64,000 bases of DNA from an uncultured candidate division Zixibacteria bacterium (lineage in GTDB: Bacteria; Zixibacteria; MSB-5A5; UBA10806; 4484-95). Below are positions 10,362-20,000 of this stretch, one piece after another. The translations under genes and the position numbers were made by a program. Location of the stretch: contig CAXXKA010000008.1 in NCBI GenBank assembly GCA_963668625.2, positions 32,001 to 96,000 of the forward strand, given 5' to 3'. The notes under the pieces were generated by a model. It searched no databases. It worked only from the letters and a program-made list of their open reading frames with translations, and was not told the DNA's origin. How positions within the stretch are numbered: position 1 is the stretch's first letter; each line of letters begins with the position of its first letter.

Positions 10362-13300
10362 TAAAAGAATTCGATCTACTCACGGTGCCTCTCGAGGGCG
10401 CTAATTTAATCGAGGCCGGGGCCGGTACCGGCAAAACATACAGTATAACCGGTTTATATATTCGCCTGCTCCTGGAGGCCGAGTTGACTGTCGACCGGAT
10501 ACTGGTCGTGACATTTACCGTAGCCGCCACCGAGGAATTAAAGCATCGCATAAGAACAAAAATCATCGAGGCGATAAAGGCGATGAAAACCGGCAGATGC
10601 CATGAGGATCGAACACTGGAGGAACTCACCAGAAAATATACCGATCGGCCGAGCGCAATAGACAAACTGGAACGCTCGTTACGGCAATTCGATGAGGCCG
10701 CGATATTCACCATTCACGGTTTCTGCAGCAGAATGTTGAACGATTATACTTTCGAAAGCAATACCTCGTTCAATACCGAATTCATAAGCGATCAATCAAG
10801 CCTCCTTAATAGAACGGTGTTCGATTTCTGGCGTAAGTATGTCGGTGGAAAGTCGGCGCTGTTTCTCAACTACCTGCTTGGCAAGGATGGCGATAAACTA
10901 AACACACCCGACAAACTGGTTAAACTGGCGGGCAAATTATACTCCCGCCCGTTCCTGAAAATCATCCCCGAAACCGAATTCCCTGACACCTTAAAGTTAG
11001 AAAGCAATTTCCTCGAGGATTTGGAAATCGTTCGCATCGAATGGCAGACCGGCCGTAGCCAGGTGGAGGATATACTTTTAAATCATGAAAGCCTTCACCG
11101 CGCGAAGTACAAACAAACAAGCATACCCAAATGGCTGGCGTCTATGGATATCGCCCTGGCAGCTGAACCGCCGTCCCCGGCAATGTTCAAAGAGTTCGAG
11201 AAATTCACCGCCGGTATCCTTAACTCATCGCTTAAAGGGAAAAATCCGGATCGAATTTATCATACCTTCTTCGAAAAATGCGAGCAATTGAACATCAGCC
11301 GTACCTCGCTTGTAGAGGCATACGATACGACCGTGCTGGCGATTAAATCAGGCATATATCGATATATCAAAAACGAGTTATCTTTAAAAAAGAAAGAGGC
11401 CAACGTTCAATACTATGATGATCTCCTGTTGGCTTTCTACGATTCGTTAAACAGCTCGCATGGCAAACATCTGACACGAATGATAAGAAAAAGATATCAG
11501 GCGGCTTTAATCGATGAGTTCCAGGACACCGATCCATTGCAGTATGGTATTTTCAAAACCATTTTCAAGGATGAGCAATGCATACTGTTTCTAATCGGCG
11601 ATCCCAAACAGGCTATTTACGCGTTTCGAGGCGCCGATATATTCGCTTACCTGGATGCTGTCAACGAGGTCGATAATCGTTACACGTTGTCTGTCAACTG
11701 GCGTTCGCAGCCTGATTTTCTTAGCGCTTTAAACGCTATATACGAACATATCGACAGACCGTTTATTTACGAGGATATTCCATACTTACCGGCGCGACCG
11801 GCAAAACCCGATTCCGGCAAAATTCTCAAGCTTTCGGGCGTTGCTAATCCGCCGCTCGAGTTGTGGTACCTCGACTCGCGTAACCTGGGCCAACATCACA
11901 TTTACCGTGGTATGATCAGTAAGAACTCGGTATTGGAATTCATGGCCGAATCCGTGACCGCCGAGATTTCCCGCCTGCTTACACTGGCCGACAGCAACGA
12001 GGCGTTGGTGGAAACCAGGCACATAAAGGCAAACGATATCGCCGTCCTGGTGCGTACCAACAGCGAGGCGGCCATCATAAAGAACTCTCTGGACAAACAC
12101 AACATTCCGGGCATTCTCTACAGCGATAAAAGCGTATACGCTACAGATGAGGCCATTGAGCTTTTGAGAATCATAACGGCGGTTGCCGAGCCGTCCCGTG
12201 ACGGTTACATCAGGGCCGCTCTCAGCACTACGATATTCGGATATAGCTCCACGGATATGTTTATACTCAACAGTGATGACGATCTCTGGGAAAGTATCCT
12301 GGCGGAGTTCCGGAAACTCAACGAGCTCTGGCGCGAATACGGTTTTATGAGTATGTTCCGTGACCTGCTGACCCGGTATAAAATCAGGTCAAGAATATTG
12401 AGATATACAGGCGGTGAGAGACAGCTTACGAATATCCTTCACCTGGGAGAGCTAATTCACGGCCATAGCGCTCAATCCAATCCGGGTATACCCGCCATAG
12501 TGAAATGGTATAAAAACCAGATCAGCCCCGATCAGCCAAATAGCGAGGATAGCCAGCTTCGTTTGGAAAGCGATGATAACGCCGTCAAAATAGTTACGAT
12601 TCACAAAAGCAAAGGCCTGGAGTACGATATAGTTTTCTGCCCTTTTGCCTGGGGAAACTCCAGGGTTACCAGATACAGGAATGTTCTGTTTCACGATACG
12701 GATAATAATAACGAGTTAATCCTCGACCTCGGTTCGGAGTCTTACGAGCCTAACAGATCGCGAGCGGAGTTGGAAATTCTGGCGGAAAATACTCGCCTTT
12801 TGTATGTGGCCCTGACAAGAGCTAAACATAGATGTTATCTAGGTTGGGGATTATTCAATACCGCCGGCAGCTCGGCTCTTGCCTATACTTTCCATCAACC
12901 GGTTTTGAACGACCTTAATAATATCGTGGATGAAGTCGAGGCGGCCTTTATCGGCATGGATGACAACACCGCGCTTACGGCTCTAACCGGTTTGACGGAA
13001 CACTCGATGAATTCGATCGATTTAAAGATTCTCCCCGGGCAGCCTGCCAAAACATATAAGCCGATAATCGAGAGCATACGGCAATTATCACCTAAAACAT
13101 TTACCGGCAAAATTAACAGGCAATGGCGTATCTCGAGTTTTTCCAACTTGAGCGCCGGGAAAAGCCATCACCCGGACTTACCGGATTATGATTCGTTATC
13201 ACCGGGATTCGACCAACCGGACATGGAAAAATCAAAAGGGGATGAGAAAAATATATTCACGTTCCCGAAAGGCGCCCGCGCCGGTACTTTCTGTCATGAG

Positions 13301-14005
13301 TTATTCGAGAATATCGATTTCCGGTCCATACGGGATGATTACACTATTGATTTGATAGTTGACAGACTCAAGCGATATGGTTTCGATACCGATTGGCAGG
13401 GTACCATACACGGTATGATAGAAAATACGCTCAATGTCAGCTTGAGTGATCATGACAGTGAATTCAAGCTGTCGGGGATAGATAGCAGCGGCAAATTAAA
13501 CGAGCTTGAGTTTCATTTCCCCCTCAACAAAATTTCATCGAATATATTAAACGACTTCTTTACGAAGCACGGCCAGAATTCGGCTGAGACAATGACCGAG
13601 GCTAACTGGCGAGATTTGAATTTCCAACCGGCCGAGGGATTCCTGAAAGGTTTTATCGATCTGGTGTTCGTTCACCGGGGACGGTATTACCTATTGGACT
13701 GGAAATCTAACCATCTGGGGAACGACCGCCAATTCTACGACCGGGAAAACATTTCCAGGGCGATGATAGAGCATAAATACATTTTGCAATACCACCTTTA
13801 CACCGTAGCTCTGCATAAGTATCTATCGGTAAGGTTGGAAAACTACGATTACGAACGCGATTTCGGCGGCGTGTATTACTTATTCCTCAGGGGGATCGAT
13901 AGCTCCAGCAGGGATGGCAACGGTATATTCTACGATAAACCATCATCGCGAACGATAAACGAGCTAACCTCGATACTAATACCGGGGGAAAACAACGATG
14001 AATAA
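10358..14005 (+). CDS. recB: Exodeoxyribonuclease V beta subunit
   Basis: Walker A EAGAGTGKT, DEFQDTD, GDPKQAIYAFRGAD, TIHKSKGLE, nuclease GFIDLVF...DWKSN; ATGA overlap with recC. Confidence 0.95.
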   Translation: MIKEFDLLTVPLEGANLIEAGAGTGKTYSITGLYIRLLLEAELTVDRILVVTFTVAATEELKHRIRTKIIEAIKAMKTGRCHEDRTLEELTRKYTDRPSAIDKLERSLRQFDEAAIFTIHGFCSRMLNDYTFESNTSFNTEFISDQSSLLNRTVFDFWRKYVGGKSALFLNYLLGKDGDKLNTPDKLVKLAGKLYSRPFLKIIPETEFPDTLKLESNFLEDLEIVRIEWQTGRSQVEDILLNHESLHRAKYKQTSIPKWLASMDIALAAEPPSPAMFKEFEKFTAGILNSSLKGKNPDRIYHTFFEKCEQLNISRTSLVEAYDTTVLAIKSGIYRYIKNELSLKKKEANVQYYDDLLLAFYDSLNSSHGKHLTRMIRKRYQAALIDEFQDTDPLQYGIFKTIFKDEQCILFLIGDPKQAIYAFRGADIFAYLDAVNEVDNRYTLSVNWRSQPDFLSALNAIYEHIDRPFIYEDIPYLPARPAKPDSGKILKLSGVANPPLELWYLDSRNLGQHHIYRGMISKNSVLEFMAESVTAEISRLLTLADSNEALVETRHIKANDIAVLVRTNSEAAIIKNSLDKHNIPGILYSDKSVYATDEAIELLRIITAVAEPSRDGYIRAALSTTIFGYSSTDMFILNSDDDLWESILAEFRKLNELWREYGFMSMFRDLLTRYKIRSRILRYTGGERQLTNILHLGELIHGHSAQSNPGIPAIVKWYKNQISPDQPNSEDSQLRLESDDNAVKIVTIHKSKGLEYDIVFCPFAWGNSRVTRYRNVLFHDTDNNNELILDLGSESYEPNRSRAELEILAENTRLLYVALTRAKHRCYLGWGLFNTAGSSALAYTFHQPVLNDLNNIVDEVEAAFIGMDDNTALTALTGLTEHSMNSIDLKILPGQPAKTYKPIIESIRQLSPKTFTGKINRQWRISSFSNLSAGKSHHPDLPDYDSLSPGFDQPDMEKSKGDEKNIFTFPKGARAGTFCHELFENIDFRSIRDDYTIDLIVDRLKRYGFDTDWQGTIHGMIENTLNVSLSDHDSEFKLSGIDSSGKLNELEFHFPLNKISSNILNDFFTKHGQNSAETMTEANWRDLNFQPAEGFLKGFIDLVFVHRGRYYLLDWKSNHLGNDRQFYDRENISRAMIEHKYILQYHLYTVALHKYLSVRLENYDYERDFGGVYYLFLRGIDSSSRDGNGIFYDKPSSRTINELTSILIPGENNDE

Positions 14006-15827
14006 AAACGTATTGAATATATTGAAAGAACAGGGCGAGATATCCCCCATAGACTACCATTTCGGACGTTTCATAACCAGGTTAAGCAACCATGATGACT
14101 CGATGTTGGCGGTGATATCGGCAATAGTCAGCCGCGCGACCCGGGAGGGTAATATCTGTACTGATTTAAATAATATAGCCGGCAGCGAGATAGTGCCCGG
14201 TCAAGAAATCAAGTTGCCTGAAATTGACATCCTGAAAAAATTATTGATCGACTCGGGTCATACAGGCGCTCCCTCCGAATACAAACCGTTGATTCTGGAT
14301 ACTCGAAATAGATTATACCTGTACCGTTACTGGCATTATGAAAATTCGCTGGCGGAAATTATCGTAAGGTTATCCTCATCGAATGACCCGGCTATCGATT
14401 CGAAAAAATTGAAAGAATCGCTTGAACGGTTATTCGGCCGAATAGATCGGAATGATTTCAATTATCAGCAATTGGCTGCTTTCACCGCCCTAACCAGGAG
14501 ATTCTGCGTAATAACCGGCGGGCCCGGTACGGGCAAAACCACTACGGTCGCCGCCATACTGGCCTTACTCTTGCAACAAGACAGTTCCCTGCGAATCGCC
14601 CTGACCGCGCCAACCGGCAAGGCCGCCGCTCGTTTACAGGAGTCTATCAAAAATTCGATAGAGTTGTTGAATTGTGAACAGGACATTAAAGATATAATTC
14701 CCCGTCAAGCCTCTACCACGCATCGCCTTTTAGGCAGCATACCCGACTCGCCTTATTTCAGGCATAACACGGATAACCGTTTGCCGTACGATTTGGTTAT
14801 CGTGGATGAGGCCTCGATGGTGGATCTGCCGCTTTTAGCCAAACTTGCCTATGCCCTGAGAGATGATTCTCGTCTGATACTTATCGGTGATAAAGACCAG
14901 CTTGCCTCGGTGGAATCAGGCGCGGCCCTGGGGGATATCTGTTCGATATCGTCCCGGGCAGGCATAACTAAAACGTTTGCCGAATCGTACGAAAAGACAA
15001 CCGGCCTGCAAATACCGGCAGGAGATGATACTCCCCGAAAATCCTCATTGAGCGATTGCATTGTTGAATTGAAGAAGAGTTACCGATTCGATAAATCAAG
15101 CGGAATCGGAGAGTTGAGCCGCGCGGTTAACGAGGGCAGGATTGAAATCGCGGATAGTATCCTTCGGGGTGATAACTATAACGATTTGCACTGGTCGGAA
15201 TTACCACCAATCGGGCAACTTGCGGAATCAATCAAACAAAGCGTCCTCGATCGATACTCGATATATCTTCAAAGCCGGGAGCCGCGTGAAATTCTCGATC
15301 TGTTCGGTGAATTTCAGGTACTATGTGCCGTTCGGGAAGGGCCTTATGGCGTTTCCAATATCAATCGATTAATAGAACTCATCCTTCACCGGGCGGGAAA
15401 GCTGGATGCAAAGGAAACCTGGTATCGGGGCCGACCTGTCATGATACTCCGGAACGACTATCAACTGGGGCTGTACAACGGCGATATCGGTATCACCCTG
15501 TCGGATAACGATAATCCTGATACACTCAAAGTATATTTCCCCTCTCAGGATGGCGAACCGCGTAAGTACTCGCCCATTCGTCTCCCCGACCACGAGACCG
15601 TGTACGCCATGACAATCCATAAAAGCCAGGGTTCGGAATTCGATAAAGCCCTGTTGATTTTACCCCATATTCAATCGCCTTTACTGACCCGCGAACTGGT
15701 ATATACGGGCATTACCCGCGCCAGGTCGCGCCTGGATATATGGTCGAATATTGAAATAGTCAAATATGCAGTTGAACAAAAGGTATCACGCGAATCGGGA
15801 CTTTTAGATAAACTTCTGAATGACTAA
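13998..15827 (+). CDS. recD: Exodeoxyribonuclease V alpha subunit
   Basis: GGPGTGKTT, APTGKAAARL, VDEASMVD, GDKDQLASVE, TIHKSQGSEF, YTGITRAR. Confidence 0.95.
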   Translation: MNKNVLNILKEQGEISPIDYHFGRFITRLSNHDDSMLAVISAIVSRATREGNICTDLNNIAGSEIVPGQEIKLPEIDILKKLLIDSGHTGAPSEYKPLILDTRNRLYLYRYWHYENSLAEIIVRLSSSNDPAIDSKKLKESLERLFGRIDRNDFNYQQLAAFTALTRRFCVITGGPGTGKTTTVAAILALLLQQDSSLRIALTAPTGKAAARLQESIKNSIELLNCEQDIKDIIPRQASTTHRLLGSIPDSPYFRHNTDNRLPYDLVIVDEASMVDLPLLAKLAYALRDDSRLILIGDKDQLASVESGAALGDICSISSRAGITKTFAESYEKTTGLQIPAGDDTPRKSSLSDCIVELKKSYRFDKSSGIGELSRAVNEGRIEIADSILRGDNYNDLHWSELPPIGQLAESIKQSVLDRYSIYLQSREPREILDLFGEFQVLCAVREGPYGVSNINRLIELILHRAGKLDAKETWYRGRPVMILRNDYQLGLYNGDIGITLSDNDNPDTLKVYFPSQDGEPRKYSPIRLPDHETVYAMTIHKSQGSEFDKALLILPHIQSPLLTRELVYTGITRARSRLDIWSNIEIVKYAVEQKVSRESGLLDKLLND

Positions 15828-15830
15828 AAC

Positions 15831-15861
15831 ACGAAAGCCGCCATGTTCGAGCGGCTTTCGT
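15831..15861. terminator. Hairpin between convergent genes, probable bidirectional terminator
   Basis: ACGAAAGCCGC-N9-GCGGCTTTCGT perfect 11-bp stem just after the recD stop. Confidence 0.7.
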
Positions 15862-15946
15862 ATTCGTCAGTGGTTATTCCCCCAAGCTTACGATTTGATT
15901 TTCTTCTATTTTGAATCCTTATTAGACTTAGTTGCAAGTCCTCCCG

Positions 15947-16510
15947 TTAATCCGATATCGCGTACTTGCTGAAATGGTTGATAAGGAAACTCGCCTTACC
16001 ATCTATTACTCTCGAGTAACCCTGCAATACCCAGTCCTCAACCTCGGGATCGTAGTAGTGCAGCTTTACCAGTTTCGCGGACGGATTTATATCGGCAACA
16101 TCGAACTCCAACGTGGCCGGCGAGTCAAATACTAACCCGGACGGACCGAATTCGAATACACCGGTCACCTTCCTGTCGAGAATTTCCTTCTTGTAACAAA
16201 TCGTGATATTGACATCATCCTTAATACCTAACGCCGGCACCTTGAATTCATGCCTTATACTGGATGTTTGAATGGCAACCACGCCACCACTCGATGCCGA
16301 CACTATATTGGCAACATCAACAGCAACGTTAAGATCGGATAATACCGCAGTACGAGTGTCCAATACGCCTACCGGCTGCTTGGCTAAATCGGGAGTTTCC
16401 TGAGTATCGGGGCCGAACGGAGTTTCACTCGAACATCCCGCAATAGCCAGTACCGCTGCCAAAGAGACGACTATCCACATGCTTCTCAAACTCGTTAACT
16501 TTCTTCCCAT
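15947..16510 (-). CDS. Lipoprotein with ZU5-like domain
   Basis: Lipobox IAGC; GG...VP...EFGPSGLVFDSPATL...W...NHFSKY; RBS AGGAGG. Confidence 0.7.
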   Translation of the reverse strand: MGRKLTSLRSMWIVVSLAAVLAIAGCSSETPFGPDTQETPDLAKQPVGVLDTRTAVLSDLNVAVDVANIVSASSGGVVAIQTSSIRHEFKVPALGIKDDVNITICYKKEILDRKVTGVFEFGPSGLVFDSPATLEFDVADINPSAKLVKLHYYDPEVEDWVLQGYSRVIDGKASFLINHFSKYAISD

Positions 16511-16580
16511 TTATTCCTCCTTCGAGGGTTTCAATTTCGTTTTGCTTTTCCGGTTTTTCTTTTTAACTGACTCATAACGA

Positions 16581-16596
16581 TGCATATTTCAAGCCA
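16581..16596 (-). promoter_or_regulatory. Candidate sigma54 -24/-12 promoter
   Basis: Minus strand TGGCTTGAAATATGCA: GG-N10-GC, ~70 nt upstream of the lipoprotein ATG. Confidence 0.5.
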
Positions 16597-16697
16597 CCCA
16601 TAAGGATTTTACTGAAAACCGTATATTTCGTTGTTATTCAATAAGATAGAAAAACTTATCCGATTAAATGTTGATTTTTATCTCTAAAAAAAGTAAG

Positions 16698-16727
16698 GGA
16701 TACTTCCCACAATAGTGGGACATATCC
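16698..16727. promoter_or_regulatory. Palindromic candidate enhancer (UAS)
   Basis: TCCCAC-aata-GTGGGA flanked by GGATA/TATCC, ~110 bp upstream of the sigma54 box. Confidence 0.35.
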
Positions 16728-17035
16728 AATAAATACAGAGTAATATATATATTACATCACTACTGTCCGGCCTTTCCATCTCGTTGCGATACGCTGCTTC
16801 GCAACGTGGCTTTTTTGCCGGCAAAATGCGCGCTCTACATGACTCAAGAAGGTTTCCAGGCGGCGCTTGGAAACCAGGGAACTAAGCCTAACATCGACAG
16901 GACATGTCAGGATGCATGATACGCTGAATATATAATTATATCGGAAAATATCTTTTACTGACAATTTTAAAGAGAAGTTTAAAATTTACCGAAAAACACC
17001 GGATACCTATGATACTGTTTTAATAAATACGAGTA

Positions 17036-20000
17036 TTAACGGATTCGTTCGGATATCTTTTCGCTTTTATGAGTATTCATTATATGATTGCGATAAGAAA
17101 TCAAAACCTCTTGCAGACGTTTATGATAGGCGGTAAAAATCCTGAATTTGTCATCCCCCAACTCAGCTTTTATGCGCTCGAAATAAATTTTAACTTTTCC
17201 GGAAAGTTTTGGCGAAACCGATTCGCATAATCCTGCCGAGTTTAATAATGTAAATAATTCAATGGCCAGTATCGCTTGATCGCTTTTTATGGCTTTTCTA
17301 AGATACGCATTGGCCAGGTTGACAGTTTTCTTCATTTCCCCTTTGATTAACCAATAGGCAATCTCGAATTTACCTAATTCTATATCAAGTTCAGGATAGT
17401 CCGAAAGGCTGTCGTTTTTTTTGATTTTGCGGATAATCTCTATAGCTAACTCGACATCACCGTTAAAAAAAGCAATCATCCCGGAATAAATCATGGTTTT
17501 AATCTCTAACTCCGTAGAACCAATGGCCCTGGCATCCGAGATGAGCACGTCCAGATCCTCATTCGAGGGCTGACCGGAGAAATAAGCCATACGCAAAAGT
17601 CGAATTTTAGATTCGAGTATAAACTCATCATCTTTCAAATCCTGCGCCCGGTTAAACGCCTCAGTAAGGTAACCGCTAGCCTTTTCGGAATCACCCATAC
17701 GATAATACAGGTTGCCCAAATCGCCATAGGTAAACGCCAAACTGTGATGGTCGCCAATCTTTTCGAATATTTCTTTGGCGTCCTCGAGACGTTTTTCGGC
17801 TTGTGCTAAGAATCCGCGAGTCAGCAAATTGGTACCCAGATTGGCACAAGCCGAGGCCCGCATCCTGGCGGCTCCAATACGCTTGAATATACGTTCGGCT
17901 TTCTCGTACGATTTCTCCGCCTGGTGAAGTTTGCCCATCTCATCACTGATAATACCCAGGTTATTCGTAACTTTGGACTGACCGCTAAGATCTTTTAACT
18001 TGCGATATAATTTCAACGCCCGGGTATAGTACTCGGCCGACTCCTGCATCTTGCCCAGCCCCCAGTGACAGATACCCAGGTTGTTGTATACGATTGCGGT
18101 CAACTCGGGATTGATATCGTAATTCTCGCAAATATCCAGAGCTTTTAACAGGTATGTGCGGCAGTCTTGAAGCTTGCCGCCGCGCCGGGTTATCTCACCT
18201 CTGCCGTTAAGGCAAAACACCTGGATTTCCAAATCATCCGGCAGGATACCCTCTAAATTTTCGATCGCCGTAAGAGCTTTATCATAATTAGAGGTTAATC
18301 TGTTTAACTCGGATATTTTCATCAACGCCAGGGCCCTGAGTTTGGCGTCATCACCGGAAAGCTCGATCAGACGTTCGTAATCGCTTTCGGATTGTTTGTA
18401 TTCGCTAATGTGCTTGGCTAATTCCCCCCGGCTTCGTATGGCCTTAATCAAGTATTCCTTGTTGTCCAGGTCCTCGGCTATCTCGATTGTTTTCGCGAAA
18501 AATCCCAGAGCCTCCGCGTTAGCGAATTCGGAGGCGGCTTTCTCCCCGGCAAGGAATAGATAAGGCAAGGCTTTTTCAGGCTTGCCCGCCAGCAAATAGT
18601 GGCGGCCGGGCAGTTCGGGATCGCGCTTGACATAACGTTTACGGCCGGCGAAAAACTCGGCGGTTTTAAGGTGAAGTATCTGGCGTGAGGAAAATGACAG
18701 CCCGTTATAGGCAACCTCCTGAGTGAGTATATGCTTGAATATGTATTCCACCACCGGCTGTGTGCGCTCAACCGGGGTCAAATCGAGATGCGTTAACTCA
18801 TCCAGGTAATCGCGAAGCTTTCTCTTCCTGTTACTATCCGGGAAGACATCCTTGAGTACGTTATAGGCAAACACCCTCCCGATAACGCTGGCGGTACGAA
18901 CGGTCTTTTTAACCATCTCGCCCAGGTTATCGATACGAGCGGTTATTACCGATTCGATACCGGTGGGGATATTTTCACCGGAGGAGAATTTATCGGCGCC
19001 AAGCTCTAAATAAGCCTTGGCCATTTCCTCCAGGTAAAACGGGTTGCCGCCGGATTTCTCGATGACGTTTTTAATATTCTCCTCGTTCGGAACGAGACCG
19101 TCGAGGATTGTTATGAACAGTTTGCGCGAATTCTCCGGTGTCAGGCCCTTTAGCTCTATTGATTCGGTTCGTTTATGCTCTTTCAGGAAATCGAATACTT
19201 TCCCCGGGCGGCTTATGAACATAATACCCGGCGAGTATCCTGATTCGAGTAATTCTTTTATAATAGTCAAGGATGCCTCATCGATCCATTGGACGTCCTC
19301 GACAATAAGTATCATTCGCGACTTATCGCTTTCACGACATAGTATATTTATGACTATATCGTTGATCTTTTTCCGTTTGATATCCTCCGGCAAATTGCGT
19401 AACTGCGGTGGTACTGTCGGAAAGAAATCCAGGAGCGGTGCGATCAACGGCAACCACTCGTTCTCCGAGATATCTTTCAATGATTCTGCCAGGGCCTGGC
19501 GTTTGCTCTTTTGAGTGGAACGTGAGTCCAAACCCAGAGCGCCCAGCAATATCGATTTTAACGGGATAAACGGAGTACTTTGAGAATGTCTGAAACAGTC
19601 GCCCTCGATATAGCGCGAACCGCTGTCGACTATCATCCTCTTTATCCTGCCGGTTATCAGAGATTTTCCGGCTCCGGGTTCGCCTGATATCAGAAGCGCC
19701 GAACGTTTACCGCTGTTGACACTCTCGATGAACGCTTTCGCCCTCTCGAGCTCATCCTCGCGGCCAATTATAAGTTCCCCGACACTCGATGACTGGGTTT
19801 TCTCCTTTACGAGGTAATTCAATTGAATCGGTTTCTCTTTGCCTTTCACCATTACTGTATCACCCTGACGGGTTACGAAATTTTCACCGCATACCTTAAG
19901 AGTATCCTCTCCCACTATAGAATCACCGTAAGCGGCTTTACCCATCAAACGGGCCGCCAGGTTGATAGCATCCCCCATTGCGGTGTACTCGTGACGGCTT

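Noticed and set aside
16752-16964. 70-aa minus-strand ORF
   Set aside because: No clear RBS or motif; it overlaps the structured island
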